A DNA stretch of 64,000 nt from an uncultured Desulfobacterales bacterium (GTDB lineage: Bacteria; Desulfobacterota; Desulfobacteria; Desulfobacterales; JAUVVS01), in assembly GCA_964561845.1 (NCBI GenBank), contig CAZLRK010000001.1:14119-78118 (forward strand), read 5' to 3'. The notes beneath the pieces were generated by a model. It saw only the letters and a list, made by a program, of their open reading frames with translations, was not told the DNA's origin and searched no databases. Below, piece after piece: positions 19,349 through 29,097 of this stretch. Numbering within the stretch: position 1 is the stretch's first letter; every line of letters starts with the position of its first letter. The position numbers were made by a program, and so were the translations under genes.

Positions 19349-20214
19349 ATTCCAAGGCTCCTATTCAAAGCATTTAAAATTGTTCTTTTAAAAATTGCCG
19401 TTGTTACATATCGTCGATATTCGGCTGAGCCGCGAATATCACCTATGGGAGAAATTTCTTCACGGAGGGTAATCGCGCATTCATCTATCAGTTTTTGATC
19501 GACCTGCTTGCCTTTGAGAAGTTCTTCAACCCGATAGGCACGAATCGGTGTCGGTGCTACGGAACCCAGTGCGATTCGGATTTTGTCGCATATATTTGAT
19601 TTCTTTTGGGTTATCACCGCGATGCTGGAGATAGATATGGCGGATGCGTTTCTAAGTCCTATTTTGGTAAAACTGCCTTTTGCTGAAGCGTTTGGTTTAG
19701 GGATTGTGATATGAGTGAGTATTTCCCCTTTTCTTAAATCTGTTTGTCTGTAACTCTTAAAAAATAATTCCAAAGGTACATCTCTATGGGTGCTATCCGG
19801 ACCTGCAATATGTGCCAAAGCCTCAAGAGCCAATAGGGGAGGGGCTGTGTCCGCGGCTGGTGAAGCATTAACCAGATTTCCTCCAATGGTGGCCCGGTTT
19901 CTAGTTAAAGGATTTCCTATCTGGCCGGCAGCAGAAGCCAGAATAGGGCATAGAGTGTTTATGGTATTACTTGAAGCAATATCAGCAATAGTGGTTGCCG
20001 CGCCGATGGATATGATACCATTCTCTTCCTTTATATAGGAGAGGTCTTTCATGTCGCTTAGATCAATTAAAACCTCCGATGATTTTTCACCATTTCTCAT
20101 TTGGGGAATCAGATTCGTTCCGCCGGCAATAATTGTTGCCCTGTCTTTGTTTTTTGCTAAAAAACTTGTAAGTTCTGTTAAATTGTTTGGCCTTATGTAT
20201 TCTGTGTTATTCAT
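19345..20214 (-). CDS. FAD-binding (CoxM/XdhB-like) medium subunit (set 1)
   Basis: FAD-binding PCMH-type motifs (IIAGGTNL, ATIGGNL). Start placed at ATG 20214 behind AAAAAGGAA; the ORF extends to 20271. Confidence 0.8.
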   Translation of the reverse strand: MNNTEYIRPNNLTELTSFLAKNKDRATIIAGGTNLIPQMRNGEKSSEVLIDLSDMKDLSYIKEENGIISIGAATTIADIASSNTINTLCPILASAAGQIGNPLTRNRATIGGNLVNASPAADTAPPLLALEALAHIAGPDSTHRDVPLELFFKSYRQTDLRKGEILTHITIPKPNASAKGSFTKIGLRNASAISISSIAVITQKKSNICDKIRIALGSVAPTPIRAYRVEELLKGKQVDQKLIDECAITLREEISPIGDIRGSAEYRRYVTTAIFKRTILNALNRSLGI

Positions 20215-20340
20215 AGTATTCCTTTTTTCGAGTTCTTTAATTTTAGCGCAGCAAGCCATAGAACGCTTCAAATGTCCCCACGATTAGTTCGGAAGTTCAG
20301 ACGCTGATCAATCGGAACATATTTTAAAAACCGCAATAGA

Positions 20341-20385
20341 GTATTGTCTGTTAAATTCCAAGTATTTGGTCACCTTCTCCTAAGC
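20341..20385. repeat. partial copy of the core module of the 1751-2064 element
   Basis: The reverse complement (TTAGGAGAAGGTGACCAAATACTTGGAATTTAACAGACAATAC) closely matches 1868-1912 (TTAGGAGAAGGTGACTAAATATTTGGGATTTAACAAACAATAT). Confidence 0.55.
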
Positions 20386-20404
20386 AAATAGGACGTAGCT
20401 TACT

Positions 20405-20884
20405 TTATTTATTTTGTATATTCTCCGCGCAATTCTTAATGGCTCTGACAATACCATGATAACCCGTGCATCGGCAAATGTTGCCCTTAATTTGACGGCG
20501 AATCTCATCTTCATCGGGATTAGGATTTTTCGACAAGAGGTCTTTGGCAACGAGAATCATACCAGGAGTGCAGTAGCCACATTGAATGGCATTTGTATCT
20601 AAGAATGCTTCCTGAATCGGATCCAACGCGCCGTCCGGTTGGGCCACCCCTTCTATTGTGGTAATTTCAGCTCCATCAACGGCAACGGCAAGTGTAAGGC
20701 AACTCAGCACCGGTTCGCTATTCACTAATACTGTACATCCGCCGCATTGACCGGTACCGCAGCAATATTTGGCGCCGGTTAGTCCCAAATCTTCTCTCAG
20801 CAGATTTAGCAAAAGCGTATTTGGCTCAACCAAAAAATCGCAAGCTTCACCATTTATTGTAAAGTTAATTCTTTTTTTATCCAT
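20405..20884 (-). CDS. (2Fe-2S)-binding small subunit (set 2)
   Basis: Motifs CGTGQCGGCTV and CGYCTPG...CRCTGY. The ATG at 20884 overlaps the stop of the upstream FAD-subunit gene (TAATG). Confidence 0.9.
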   Translation of the reverse strand: MDKKRINFTINGEACDFLVEPNTLLLNLLREDLGLTGAKYCCGTGQCGGCTVLVNSEPVLSCLTLAVAVDGAEITTIEGVAQPDGALDPIQEAFLDTNAIQCGYCTPGMILVAKDLLSKNPNPDEDEIRRQIKGNICRCTGYHGIVRAIKNCAENIQNK

Positions 20885-21771
20885 TATACGTTCTCTCCGG
20901 CCCTTTGCCACGCCAGTTTGAAGACGTCCATGAACAAAACACCGGCAACCTGTTTCCTGTAATCCTCGGTTGAGCGCATGTCTGTAATGGGCTTGATCTC
21001 TTCTGAAACCATCTTTCCGGCCTCATCAATAATTGTTTCATCAATTTTGTTTTCGGCAAGTATTTTTTCAGTGGAAAACATTCTTATGGGCACAGCAGCC
21101 ACAGCACCCATGGCAATCCTACAAGCATTACAAGTCTCTCCTTCTCGCTCCACTGCAACGGCACAGCTTATTTTGGAAATATCCGAAGCAACCCGTGATT
21201 TTTTTTTAAAAGCACTTCCCGAACCTTTTCCGATTCGAGGAACTTGTATCTCCGTCATGATTTCATCTGGAGACATGGCTGTTTTATTGGGACCCTGAAA
21301 AAAATCCTCAAGTTGAACCAGCTTTTCCCCTTGCTCACTTAGAATCTTCACGAGGCCCTTTAAAACCAGAAGAGCAGGGGCGGAATCGGCGGCAGGTGAG
21401 GCGGTGCAAAGATTTCCTCCCAACGTCCCCATGTTTATTACCTGGATTTTACCAATTGAAGAAACGGCTTCATAGAGCGCAGTATAATTTTCATCTCCGT
21501 CACAAATCCGCATAATGTCACGCAATTTAGCTGCCGCTCCGATTCGCAACCCATTATCTTTGTTAATATCTCCTAACTCCGAGATCTTCATAATGTTGAT
21601 CAGGCAATCTGGTGTTATCTTTTCATACTTTAAATGGGGCACGATGTCGGTGCCGCCTGCAATAATCTTTGCGTCTTTCCCGTACCGAGTCAAAAGTTGA
21701 AGTGTTTCGGCAATGGTTTTTGGTGTAAAGTATTCAAAATCATGTGCTATTATTCTGGTATTTACCGGCAT
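20884..21771 (-). CDS. FAD-binding medium subunit (set 2)
   Basis: 295 aa with IIAGGTDI and GTLGGNL motifs. It lies immediately downstream of the set 2 Mo subunit. Confidence 0.85.
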   Translation of the reverse strand: MPVNTRIIAHDFEYFTPKTIAETLQLLTRYGKDAKIIAGGTDIVPHLKYEKITPDCLINIMKISELGDINKDNGLRIGAAAKLRDIMRICDGDENYTALYEAVSSIGKIQVINMGTLGGNLCTASPAADSAPALLVLKGLVKILSEQGEKLVQLEDFFQGPNKTAMSPDEIMTEIQVPRIGKGSGSAFKKKSRVASDISKISCAVAVEREGETCNACRIAMGAVAAVPIRMFSTEKILAENKIDETIIDEAGKMVSEEIKPITDMRSTEDYRKQVAGVLFMDVFKLAWQRAGENV

Positions 21772-21775
21772 GGTC

Positions 21776-24130
21776 TCATTCTTTCTTAAGCGATTTTTCC
21801 TTTATCGCTTTTAATACTTTTTCGGGCGTTATGGGTGTATCGTAAAACCTTATTCCAATGGCGTTATAGACGGCGTTGGCAACGGCACCTGCTGTACAAT
21901 TATTGGCCGCTTCGCCGACTCCCTTGGCTCCAAATGGACCGGAAGGTTCGTAGGTATCAGCATAAAAAGTCTCGATGTCTTCAAGTGGCGGCATATCCAT
22001 GGAAGTATAAACTTTATAATCCATAAAATTTGCGCCGCATGTAAGCTCACCTGTATTTGGATCGTACTCAGTATTCTCCAGGAGTGCCAGAGCGATACCC
22101 CTGCAGAGCCCCCCTTCAAGCTGACCGGCGCCTAGATCGGGGTTAATAGGAGTGCCGCAATCCACAGCCGCCACTGCTCGAGACGGCCTGATTTCTCCGG
22201 TTTCAGTATCTATTTCGACTTCGATATAATTGGTCACAAAACAAGGAGGACAATTCACCTGTCTGTGGCTATCTACGGCAATGGCCGTTCCCCAGCCTTT
22301 AAATTGTGCGGTTTTAGCAACTTCGCCGACCGTGATGGATTTGTCTTTTGCGCCTTCCAGAAAGATAACGCCTTGACCAAGCTCCTCATCCGGACGGATC
22401 TGCAAGGCATCGGGGTTGACATCAATCAAACGGGAGGCAAATTCCAGTAAAATCCTCTTTGACTTTTCAGCAGCTATCTTAACAGTCGATCCGCCGCAAT
22501 ATATGCCGCGTGTGGCGTGTGTACAGACATCATATCCGGTAGTAAGGGTGCATGAAGGGGAAATGCCCACCTTGTCAAGCGGTACCCCCATTACTTCAGC
22601 TACGATTTTAGCACAGGCTTCAAGGGTTCCTCCGCCGTGGCACATAAGGCCGGTAAGAAAATCAACCGATCCGTCTTCATTTACTTTGACCATGGCCGTG
22701 GAATAATCGATTACCTCTCCAGGCATGGGTGCTCCGGTTCCGGATGTATGAAAGCTCCGGCCTACGCCGATTCCACGTCGATAACGACCGGTTTTTTCTT
22801 CCGGCCTTCCGCGATGTTTCCAGGCAATTTTATCCTTGCCCTTGAGCAGCATTTCTTCTACACCGCAGCTGCGGATAACGGAACGAACCGTTGGGCCTTG
22901 TCCCCAGAATGTTTCACCCAGTCCGACATAATTTTTCAATCGTAACTCGATGGGGTCTATTTTCATTTCTTCGGCAATAATATCCATTAAACTTTCCACG
23001 GCAAAGGAGACCTGGGGGTTGCCGTAGCCCTGCATGGCACAAGCCGGAGCCTTGTTGGTGTAAACCGTTGTGCCTTCAAAATTCATGTGGGGCATTCGGT
23101 ACAGGGATGCGAACCAGCCCGACATGCATCCCAGCAAAGGATAAGCCTGTATATTATGCCCACCGATATCTATGGTGGTTTTCAATTCTCCGGCTGTGAT
23201 AGTTCCGTCTTTTTTTAGTCCGTATTTGAGTTTCATGTGGGCAGGATATTTGCAATGGTCGTACATATCCTCTTCGCGAGTAAGATTCAACTTTACAGGT
23301 TTGCGGGCCTTAAGGGCAAGGGCCACGCAAATGGCAATGGGAGTATTCATCTGGATGCTTGAACCAAATGCGCCTCCTATTGATACACGGTGTACATTAA
23401 CATTGCTAAGGGGAATGTCAAAGATTCGTCCGAGCAACTGGCGTGTGTTGTGAATGGATTGGGTCGTGGGCCAAACGTTAATACCACCGTTTGCAAGGGG
23501 TTCACAGACAACGGACTTGGTTTCCATTTGGGCATGGTAGACCCGGCCAGTATAAAATTCCTTTTCAATAACCACGTCTGCTTCTTTGAAGCCTTGTTTT
23601 ATATCGCCTTCAGAGACATGGCGTTCGCAGGCGATGTTGTTCTCGATCGGCAATTCAACATCTCCCAGCATGACGTTCTCATAGAGCCGGGGAGCATCCG
23701 GTTTCAGGGCTTCAAAAACATCAAAAGTTGCAGGCAGTATCTCGTATTCGACCTTTATGGCACGCATGGCCTTTTCGGCAAGCGCTTCTGTCTTGTGGGC
23801 AACAGCAGCAAAACCTTCGCCAACGTGCTTTACCCTATGTGGCAGAACGGTCCTGTCCCGATATGTTTTAGCCGGTATGCTAACCTGGCGTTCGTTATAT
23901 CTTGTTTGGGGAACTTCATCGGGGGTAATACAGACGGCGCCCATTTTTACCGCCTCACTGGTATCGATTGTAACAATTTTTGCATGGGGATAGGGGCTTC
24001 TGAGCACCCTCGCGTGGAGTATATTGGGGAGGTGAATATCCGACGAGAAGATCTCCTTGCCGGTCACCTTGGCATAGCCGTCTTTGCGTCGAGCTGTATG
24101 GCCTATTACAGAAAAATTCTTTTTTTCCAT
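21776..24130 (-). CDS. xanthine dehydrogenase/aldehyde oxidase-family molybdopterin-binding large subunit (set 2)
   Basis: 784 aa with the same architecture as 16348..18663 (GGAFGSS, GVGEA near the C-terminus). Confidence 0.85.
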   Translation of the reverse strand: MEKKNFSVIGHTARRKDGYAKVTGKEIFSSDIHLPNILHARVLRSPYPHAKIVTIDTSEAVKMGAVCITPDEVPQTRYNERQVSIPAKTYRDRTVLPHRVKHVGEGFAAVAHKTEALAEKAMRAIKVEYEILPATFDVFEALKPDAPRLYENVMLGDVELPIENNIACERHVSEGDIKQGFKEADVVIEKEFYTGRVYHAQMETKSVVCEPLANGGINVWPTTQSIHNTRQLLGRIFDIPLSNVNVHRVSIGGAFGSSIQMNTPIAICVALALKARKPVKLNLTREEDMYDHCKYPAHMKLKYGLKKDGTITAGELKTTIDIGGHNIQAYPLLGCMSGWFASLYRMPHMNFEGTTVYTNKAPACAMQGYGNPQVSFAVESLMDIIAEEMKIDPIELRLKNYVGLGETFWGQGPTVRSVIRSCGVEEMLLKGKDKIAWKHRGRPEEKTGRYRRGIGVGRSFHTSGTGAPMPGEVIDYSTAMVKVNEDGSVDFLTGLMCHGGGTLEACAKIVAEVMGVPLDKVGISPSCTLTTGYDVCTHATRGIYCGGSTVKIAAEKSKRILLEFASRLIDVNPDALQIRPDEELGQGVIFLEGAKDKSITVGEVAKTAQFKGWGTAIAVDSHRQVNCPPCFVTNYIEVEIDTETGEIRPSRAVAAVDCGTPINPDLGAGQLEGGLCRGIALALLENTEYDPNTGELTCGANFMDYKVYTSMDMPPLEDIETFYADTYEPSGPFGAKGVGEAANNCTAGAVANAVYNAIGIRFYDTPITPEKVLKAIKEKSLKKE

Positions 24131-24189
24131 AGCTTAGTAGATGTATCCTTTATTACAGTATCGTATTATAATTGGATAATTTATAATCA

Positions 24190-24402
24190 CCGCTGAGACG
24201 CAGAGGTCGCAGAGAATTTGTTTTTTTTTGCTTTCCGCTGAGAGGGCGGAAAGCAAAAATGTTCATCCCTGTGGGACAAAAAAATAACTACTTATATATC
24301 AATACAATGTTACTTTTATAATGTTTGAGCTATTTTCTTTTGCCGTCCCCTCAACGGCAAAAGAAAAAATATTTAACTCTGCGATCTTTGCGTCTCAAGC
24401 GG
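24190..24402. repeat. nested inverted-repeat element (outer arms plus two perfect inner hairpins)
   Basis: Outer arms are CCGCTGAGACGCAGAGGTCGCAGAG and CTCTGCGATCTTTGCGTCTCAAGCGG. Inner hairpins are TTGCTTTCCGC...GCGGAAAGCAA (24228-24256) and TTTCTTTTGCCG...CGGCAAAAGAAA (24333-24365). Confidence 0.6.
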
Positions 24403-24500
24403 AGCGGGCGGTGAAACAATATAAAAAAATACGTCATCGAACTTATGAATTAGGATACTAAGTACATTTTTTCGAGCACACTGAGAAATACTTTAAATAT

Positions 24501-25067
24501 TCACCAAACAGGAGGTGTCCAGACGAAAAGAACTTCGGCTGTTTCCTTTCCCTCATTCATCCAGCTATGAGGCTGATTGCCGTTAAAGTATAGAGTATCC
24601 CCTTCTTTAAGTTTTATGTGATCTAAATTTATTTCAAAGTCGATTTCACCTTTTAAAACAAGAACGAATTCTTCGCTCTCTTCAGGATGAAGCAATTTAT
24701 CAGAATCATCCGAGGTTCCACCCGGCTCGATGATGCTGATTAAAGGCTGCATTTTTTTTTGGAATATTGCTCTTGTCAACAGCTGGCTTGTAACTTTTTC
24801 ATCGGGATAATTTATGGATCTTCGATCAGCTTTACAAAGCTTCCAGTTTTTTTTTGGTTCCATATCTTCATTACGGAAAAAATCGCCCACCTGAGAATCA
24901 AGAGCTTCTGCGAGGCGACCCAACATGGAAACGGATGGGACGTTTATCCCCTTTTCGAGTTGGGAAATATAAGACTTCGTGCAACCGGCTTTATTGGCAA
25001 GCTGTTCTATTGTTAGCTTTTTTGTTTTTCGAAGTGTTTTAATTTTTTCTTGAAGAAATTTTCGCAT
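24501..25067 (-). CDS. XRE-family HTH regulator with cupin domain (paralog of 8795..9376)
   Basis: HTH (IEQLANKAGCTKSYISQLEKG) plus cupin (GDTLYFNGNQPHSW). It sits upstream of the XDH/hydantoinase cluster on the same strand. Confidence 0.85.
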   Translation of the reverse strand: MRKFLQEKIKTLRKTKKLTIEQLANKAGCTKSYISQLEKGINVPSVSMLGRLAEALDSQVGDFFRNEDMEPKKNWKLCKADRRSINYPDEKVTSQLLTRAIFQKKMQPLISIIEPGGTSDDSDKLLHPEESEEFVLVLKGEIDFEINLDHIKLKEGDTLYFNGNQPHSWMNEGKETAEVLFVWTPPVW

Positions 25068-25527
25068 TAATTTGCAAGATCCTCAGAAGTATTTGGAGGT
25101 AAACTATGACTTAACTTTAAAGCCACATAGTTTTCGAACACTAAAATATTATAGAAAAATAATTTATAGTATAAAAATTTAAATAATAAATTCCTTTTGT
25201 TATACATGACGCAGGCTAAAAACCATGTCCGAATTATCCATTTATTTGTTCAGTATTACTTAACTTATTTAAGGGCTATGATGTTGTCAAGTAAAAAATT
25301 GATTCGATACAACAATATTTGTTTGTTGATAGTACTTAGACCTATTAAAAAGAATATCTTGATAGTAAAAAATTCGTGTTTACTATTTGTGCTATATTTG
25401 TTACAGTACCAGTAGCTTTCAGTCGGCCAATTTTTTGAGTAAATCATGAATAGTAAAATCTTGATGTACAAAAAGTGACTTTTTTACGAATTCATCAACT
25501 TTACTTTTAACGAAGGAAGGTACCAAA

Positions 25528-25767
25528 ATGAATAAGGAAGCTTTAACAAAACATGAAATTTATAATAAGCTGTTTGGATTTACCGAACATGATTTAGATG
25601 CTATTGTCAATTTTATCGATTTTATGAGGCATAAAAAAAAGCTTGGAACAAAAAAGGTAATCAAACTTGAAGGTATTCTTAAGGGTCATGATATAGACTT
25701 TTCCGATCTGAAGAAGTTAAAACAGCAAACCTGGAAGCACGTTGACCAGGAGTTTGCCAATGGATAG
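25528..25767 (+). CDS. putative antitoxin of a PIN-toxin pair
   Basis: 79-aa ORF with RBS GAAGGAAGG. Its stop overlaps the ATG of the downstream PIN gene by 8 nt. Confidence 0.5.
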   Translation: MNKEALTKHEIYNKLFGFTEHDLDAIVNFIDFMRHKKKLGTKKVIKLEGILKGHDIDFSDLKKLKQQTWKHVDQEFANG

Positions 25768-26149
25768 TTTTGTAACCGACACTCAGGCCCTTGTAAAATT
25801 TATGCTGGGCAAAAAGGTAATCAATAAAAAATCCCATCAGGTTTTCCACTCCACCGATAAGGGAGATGCCACTATCATCAATCCTGCCATTGTTTTGATG
25901 GAGGTTCTCTATCTATTTGAAAAGAACAGGATCGATATCAGCCTGCTTCAAACCGAAGATCTTTTCAAGAGCCAAAATTATCAGTTTGAGCCGCTGAGCT
26001 TTGAGATTCTTAAAACCGCTTCTGAGATCGACGACATCCCCGAGTTGCATGACCGGCTTATTGCTGCAACCGCCAGATATCTTGACCTGCCAATTATCAC
26101 CAATGATCCCGTGATACGGAACTCCAAATTTGTTGAAGTTCTGGTGTAA
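25760..26149 (+). CDS. PIN-domain ribonuclease toxin (VapC-like)
   Basis: An N-terminal acidic residue context (MDSFVTDTQ) and C-terminal LHDRLIAATARYLDLPIITNDP are typical of PIN toxins. Confidence 0.7.
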   Translation: MDSFVTDTQALVKFMLGKKVINKKSHQVFHSTDKGDATIINPAIVLMEVLYLFEKNRIDISLLQTEDLFKSQNYQFEPLSFEILKTASEIDDIPELHDRLIAATARYLDLPIITNDPVIRNSKFVEVLV

Positions 26150-26216
26150 TTAAAACAAGATAGCCGATTGTCATCTTAAAGTCCCCTATTACGTCCTCTA
26201 TTGTTTGCAAAATCCT

Positions 26217-26245
26217 TTGACAGGTCAGCAATAATATGATATAAA
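26217..26245 (+). promoter_or_regulatory. sigma70-like promoter for DGR target 1 (TTGACA-17 nt-TATAAA)
   Basis: The hexamers were read directly. The same TTGACA/TATAAA pair, with an 18-nt spacer, precedes target 2 at 31536-31565. Confidence 0.4.
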
Positions 26246-26334
26246 CTGCCAATTTTAAATATAATCTGTAACATTTTAACTGTTTGAACAACAAAGCCAT
26301 CAAATTTGCCAACTGTATACATATGGAGGTAAAA

Positions 26335-28500
26335 GTGAATATCAGGCGAGTCAAAACCCCTGCAATTAACATGCTTATAATTAGCATATGCTTTTTACTC
26401 CTTTCTTTTTCCACCTACGCAGCTTCCAGGGGCATATATGTAAAAGCCAAAACATCTTCCGGCGGCATGAAGGAGATATCACTCTATTCCGGGTATCATG
26501 CATTGGTTGTGGGAGTTAGTGATTACGAAACATGGCCGGATCTGCCCAATGCCACAAAAGATGCTCATGAAATAGCACGCCTTTTAAAGAGGATGGGATT
26601 TGAGGTTAAAACGGTAACAAATCCCTCTTCACGTGAGCTTAAAAATGCTCTGAACGATTTGACATACAAATATGGCCTGGAATCAAACCGTGCTATTTTG
26701 TTTTATTATGCCGGACATGGGGAAACAGAAAAGCTGGCTGACGGTAATAAGTTGGGATACATCATTCCCAGAGACTGTCCCTTGCTAAAAGAAGATCCAC
26801 AGGGTTTTGTGAGCAAGGCCATCAGCATGAAGGATATGGAGGTCTATTCTTTGCGAATTCGGTCAAAGCATGTTTTGATGTTGTTTGATTCCTGTTTCTC
26901 CGGCTCACTTTTTTCATTGGTTAGAGCAGTGCCTGAGGATATAACTGAAAAGAGTACGCTTCCCGTGCGCCAGTACATTACAGCCGGTACCGAGGATGAA
27001 ACCGTACCTGATCGAAGTATGTTCAAACGATGTCTTATTTTAGGATTAGAAGGCGATGCAGATCTTACCAGAGACGGTTATATTACCGGAACGGAACTGG
27101 GATTGTATCTTTCAGACAAAGTTGTACAAAGTACCAGTCGTGCCCAGCACCCTCAGTATGGGAAAATTAGGACTCCGGAATTAGCAAGGGGTGATTTTGT
27201 GTTTCTCCTTGCTAGCTCCGGCGCTGTTGTGGAAGCTCCTGGCGAAGCAACCCTTTCAGTGGAATCGAATGTATCAGGCGCAAGAGTATTTGTGGATGGT
27301 CAAAAGGTGGGGACAACACAATTATCGGAAGTGGCAATTTCGGAAGGCGAACACAGAATACTGGTAGAGAAATCCGGATATGAGACATACAGGAAAACAA
27401 TCCGTGTTAAACAGGGCCGGTCCATATCGTTATACGTAGATCTTAGTATGAATACTCAACAGAATGGCAGACTTTACGTAGACACACAGCCTGCTGATGC
27501 CAATGTGAAAATACTTAACATCGGGCCTGCATTTTACCAGGGCATTGAGCTTGAAGCTGGCAGTTATCAAGTGGAAGTTTCAGCGGATGGCTATGAAGGT
27601 AAAAAATTGTGGATATCACTTGCCGCAGGAGAAGATAAGACTCTTGATATCAGTTTGAAACGAGAAACCGCATCCCGTGAAGGTAAAAAGATTACAAACA
27701 GCCTTGGGATGGAATTTTTATATATAAAACCGGGAACATTTATGATGGGAAGCCCTTCCAGTGAAAAAGGCAGGCAAAAAGATGAAAAGCAACACAGGGT
27801 AACCCTGAGCAAGGGATTTTATATACAGACCACGGAGGTGACTGTTGGGCAGTGGCGAGAGTTTATCCGGGATTCGGGATACAAGACAGAGGCAGAAACC
27901 GGTGGCGGCGCCTGGATCTGGACAGGCTCAAAATGGGAAAAGAAAAAGGGATATTATTGGGACAATCCGGGTTTTTCTCAGAGCGAAAACCATCCTGTGA
28001 CATGTGTGTCATGGAATGATGTCCGTAAATTTATAAACTGGATAAATCGTAAAGAGGGAAAATCTTATAAATTACCGACTGAAGCTGAATGGGAATATGC
28101 GTGCCGGGCAGGGAGTATGACTGCTTTTGCTAATGGTGACATATCTGAGCTCAAATGTGGTTATGATTCAAATCTGAATGCAATGGGGTGGTACTGCTAT
28201 AATGCAAATAAAAGGACACATCCGGTTGCCCAAAAGAATGCGAATGCCTGGGGGCTGTATGATATGCACGGCAATGTCTGGGAATGGTGTCAGGATAGTT
28301 GTGAATGGAAAAATGGTATAGTAACTGATACCTATCGTGACGGAATTGTTGATCCATTAAATACCAGCGGCTCTTACCGGGTGATCCGGGGCGGCAGCTG
28401 GGGCAATTACGCCAGGTACTGCCGGTCAGCGGATCGGAGCGGCTACACGCCCGGCGACAGGAGCAGCTTCCTGGGCTTCCGCCTCCTGAGGACACTTTAG
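26335..28500 (+). CDS. DGR target protein 1: signal peptide, caspase (peptidase C14) domain, two PEGA-like domains, FGE-sulfatase/C-type-lectin-fold domain with a C-terminal variable region
   Basis: Caspase His/Cys dyad contexts YYAGHGE and FDSCFSG. PEGA-like repeats (SGARVFVDGQKVG...). FGE-sulfatase motifs ([49 protein letters not shown]). GTG 26335 follows GGAGG; ATG 26323 and 26284 are alternatives. Confidence 0.85.
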   Translation: MNIRRVKTPAINMLIISICFLLLSFSTYAASRGIYVKAKTSSGGMKEISLYSGYHALVVGVSDYETWPDLPNATKDAHEIARLLKRMGFEVKTVTNPSSRELKNALNDLTYKYGLESNRAILFYYAGHGETEKLADGNKLGYIIPRDCPLLKEDPQGFVSKAISMKDMEVYSLRIRSKHVLMLFDSCFSGSLFSLVRAVPEDITEKSTLPVRQYITAGTEDETVPDRSMFKRCLILGLEGDADLTRDGYITGTELGLYLSDKVVQSTSRAQHPQYGKIRTPELARGDFVFLLASSGAVVEAPGEATLSVESNVSGARVFVDGQKVGTTQLSEVAISEGEHRILVEKSGYETYRKTIRVKQGRSISLYVDLSMNTQQNGRLYVDTQPADANVKILNIGPAFYQGIELEAGSYQVEVSADGYEGKKLWISLAAGEDKTLDISLKRETASREGKKITNSLGMEFLYIKPGTFMMGSPSSEKGRQKDEKQHRVTLSKGFYIQTTEVTVGQWREFIRDSGYKTEAETGGGAWIWTGSKWEKKKGYYWDNPGFSQSENHPVTCVSWNDVRKFINWINRKEGKSYKLPTEAEWEYACRAGSMTAFANGDISELKCGYDSNLNAMGWYCYNANKRTHPVAQKNANAWGLYDMHGNVWEWCQDSCEWKNGIVTDTYRDGIVDPLNTSGSYRVIRGGSWGNYARYCRSADRSGYTPGDRSSFLGFRLLRTL
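28369..28490 (+). repeat. DGR variable repeat VR1
   Basis: 122-nt alignment to the TR (30999-31120) with 17 mismatches by hand count. Every mismatch is at a TR adenine. Confidence 0.9.
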
Positions 28501-28550
28501 TTTTTGAGTTTTTACATTTTTACCTTTTGGACCGGGGTTTGGGGCGGGCT

Positions 28551-29011
28551 CCATAAGAGCTAATTTAACAATGAAGGCTTTTCATTCGTCATTCCGGCGA
28601 AAGCCGGAATCCAGGATTTGCCAGTACCCTGAACTGGGGCCTGCCCCGGACTTTGATCCGGGGGAGACGACAATGGATAAACAACCAGCGGTATATATTT
28701 TGGCAAGCAAACGAAATGGAACCCTCTATATAGGCGTGACATCAGATCTTGTTAAAAGGATCTGGCAACATAAAAACAATATGGTAGAAGGATTTACTAA
28801 GCGTTACGGTGTTCATCAGCTAATTTGGTATGAATTGCACGAAAATATGAAATCTGCCATTGAGAGGGAGAAACGAATGAAAGGATGGAAACGAAAGTGG
28901 AAACTGGAATTGATAGAGAGTATGAATGCCAGTTGGCAGGATTTGTATAATACGATTGTTTGACTGGATTCCGGCTTTCGCCGAAATGACTTGTTAAGTT
29001 AGCGCTTATGG
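28551..29011 (+). mobile_element. GIY-YIG gene cassette bounded by composite terminal inverted repeats
   Basis: Outer IR: CCATAAGAGCTAATTTAACAA (28551-28571) vs the reverse complement of 28991-29011, 19/21. Inner IR: GTCATTCCGGCGAAAGCCGGAATCCAG (28588-28614) vs the reverse complement of 28964-28990, 26/27. Each inner IR is itself a hairpin. Confidence 0.55.
28673..28963 (+). CDS. GIY-YIG nuclease-family protein (UPF0213-like)
   Basis: AVYILASKRNGTLYIGVTSDLVKRIWQHK...REKRMKGW is the classic small GIY-YIG protein. ATG 28673 follows GGGGAG; the upstream part of the ORF is repeat-derived. Confidence 0.85.
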   Translation: MDKQPAVYILASKRNGTLYIGVTSDLVKRIWQHKNNMVEGFTKRYGVHQLIWYELHENMKSAIEREKRMKGWKRKWKLELIESMNASWQDLYNTIV

Positions 29012-29097
29012 GGCGAAACCCCAACAGAAATTTATTAAAGAATAATGTTTTTTGCCTTAAAATGTCCTGTTTTTAATAATATAACCTTATCGTTTTT

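Noticed and set aside
23390-24196. 268-aa plus-strand ORF, and several other ORFs of 60-220 aa antisense to large genes (for example 49563..50228, 6193..6585, 8234..8680, 39387..39782)
   Set aside because: All lie opposite long ORFs with clear family signatures and have no recognisable motifs or RBS. I treat them as shadow ORFs.
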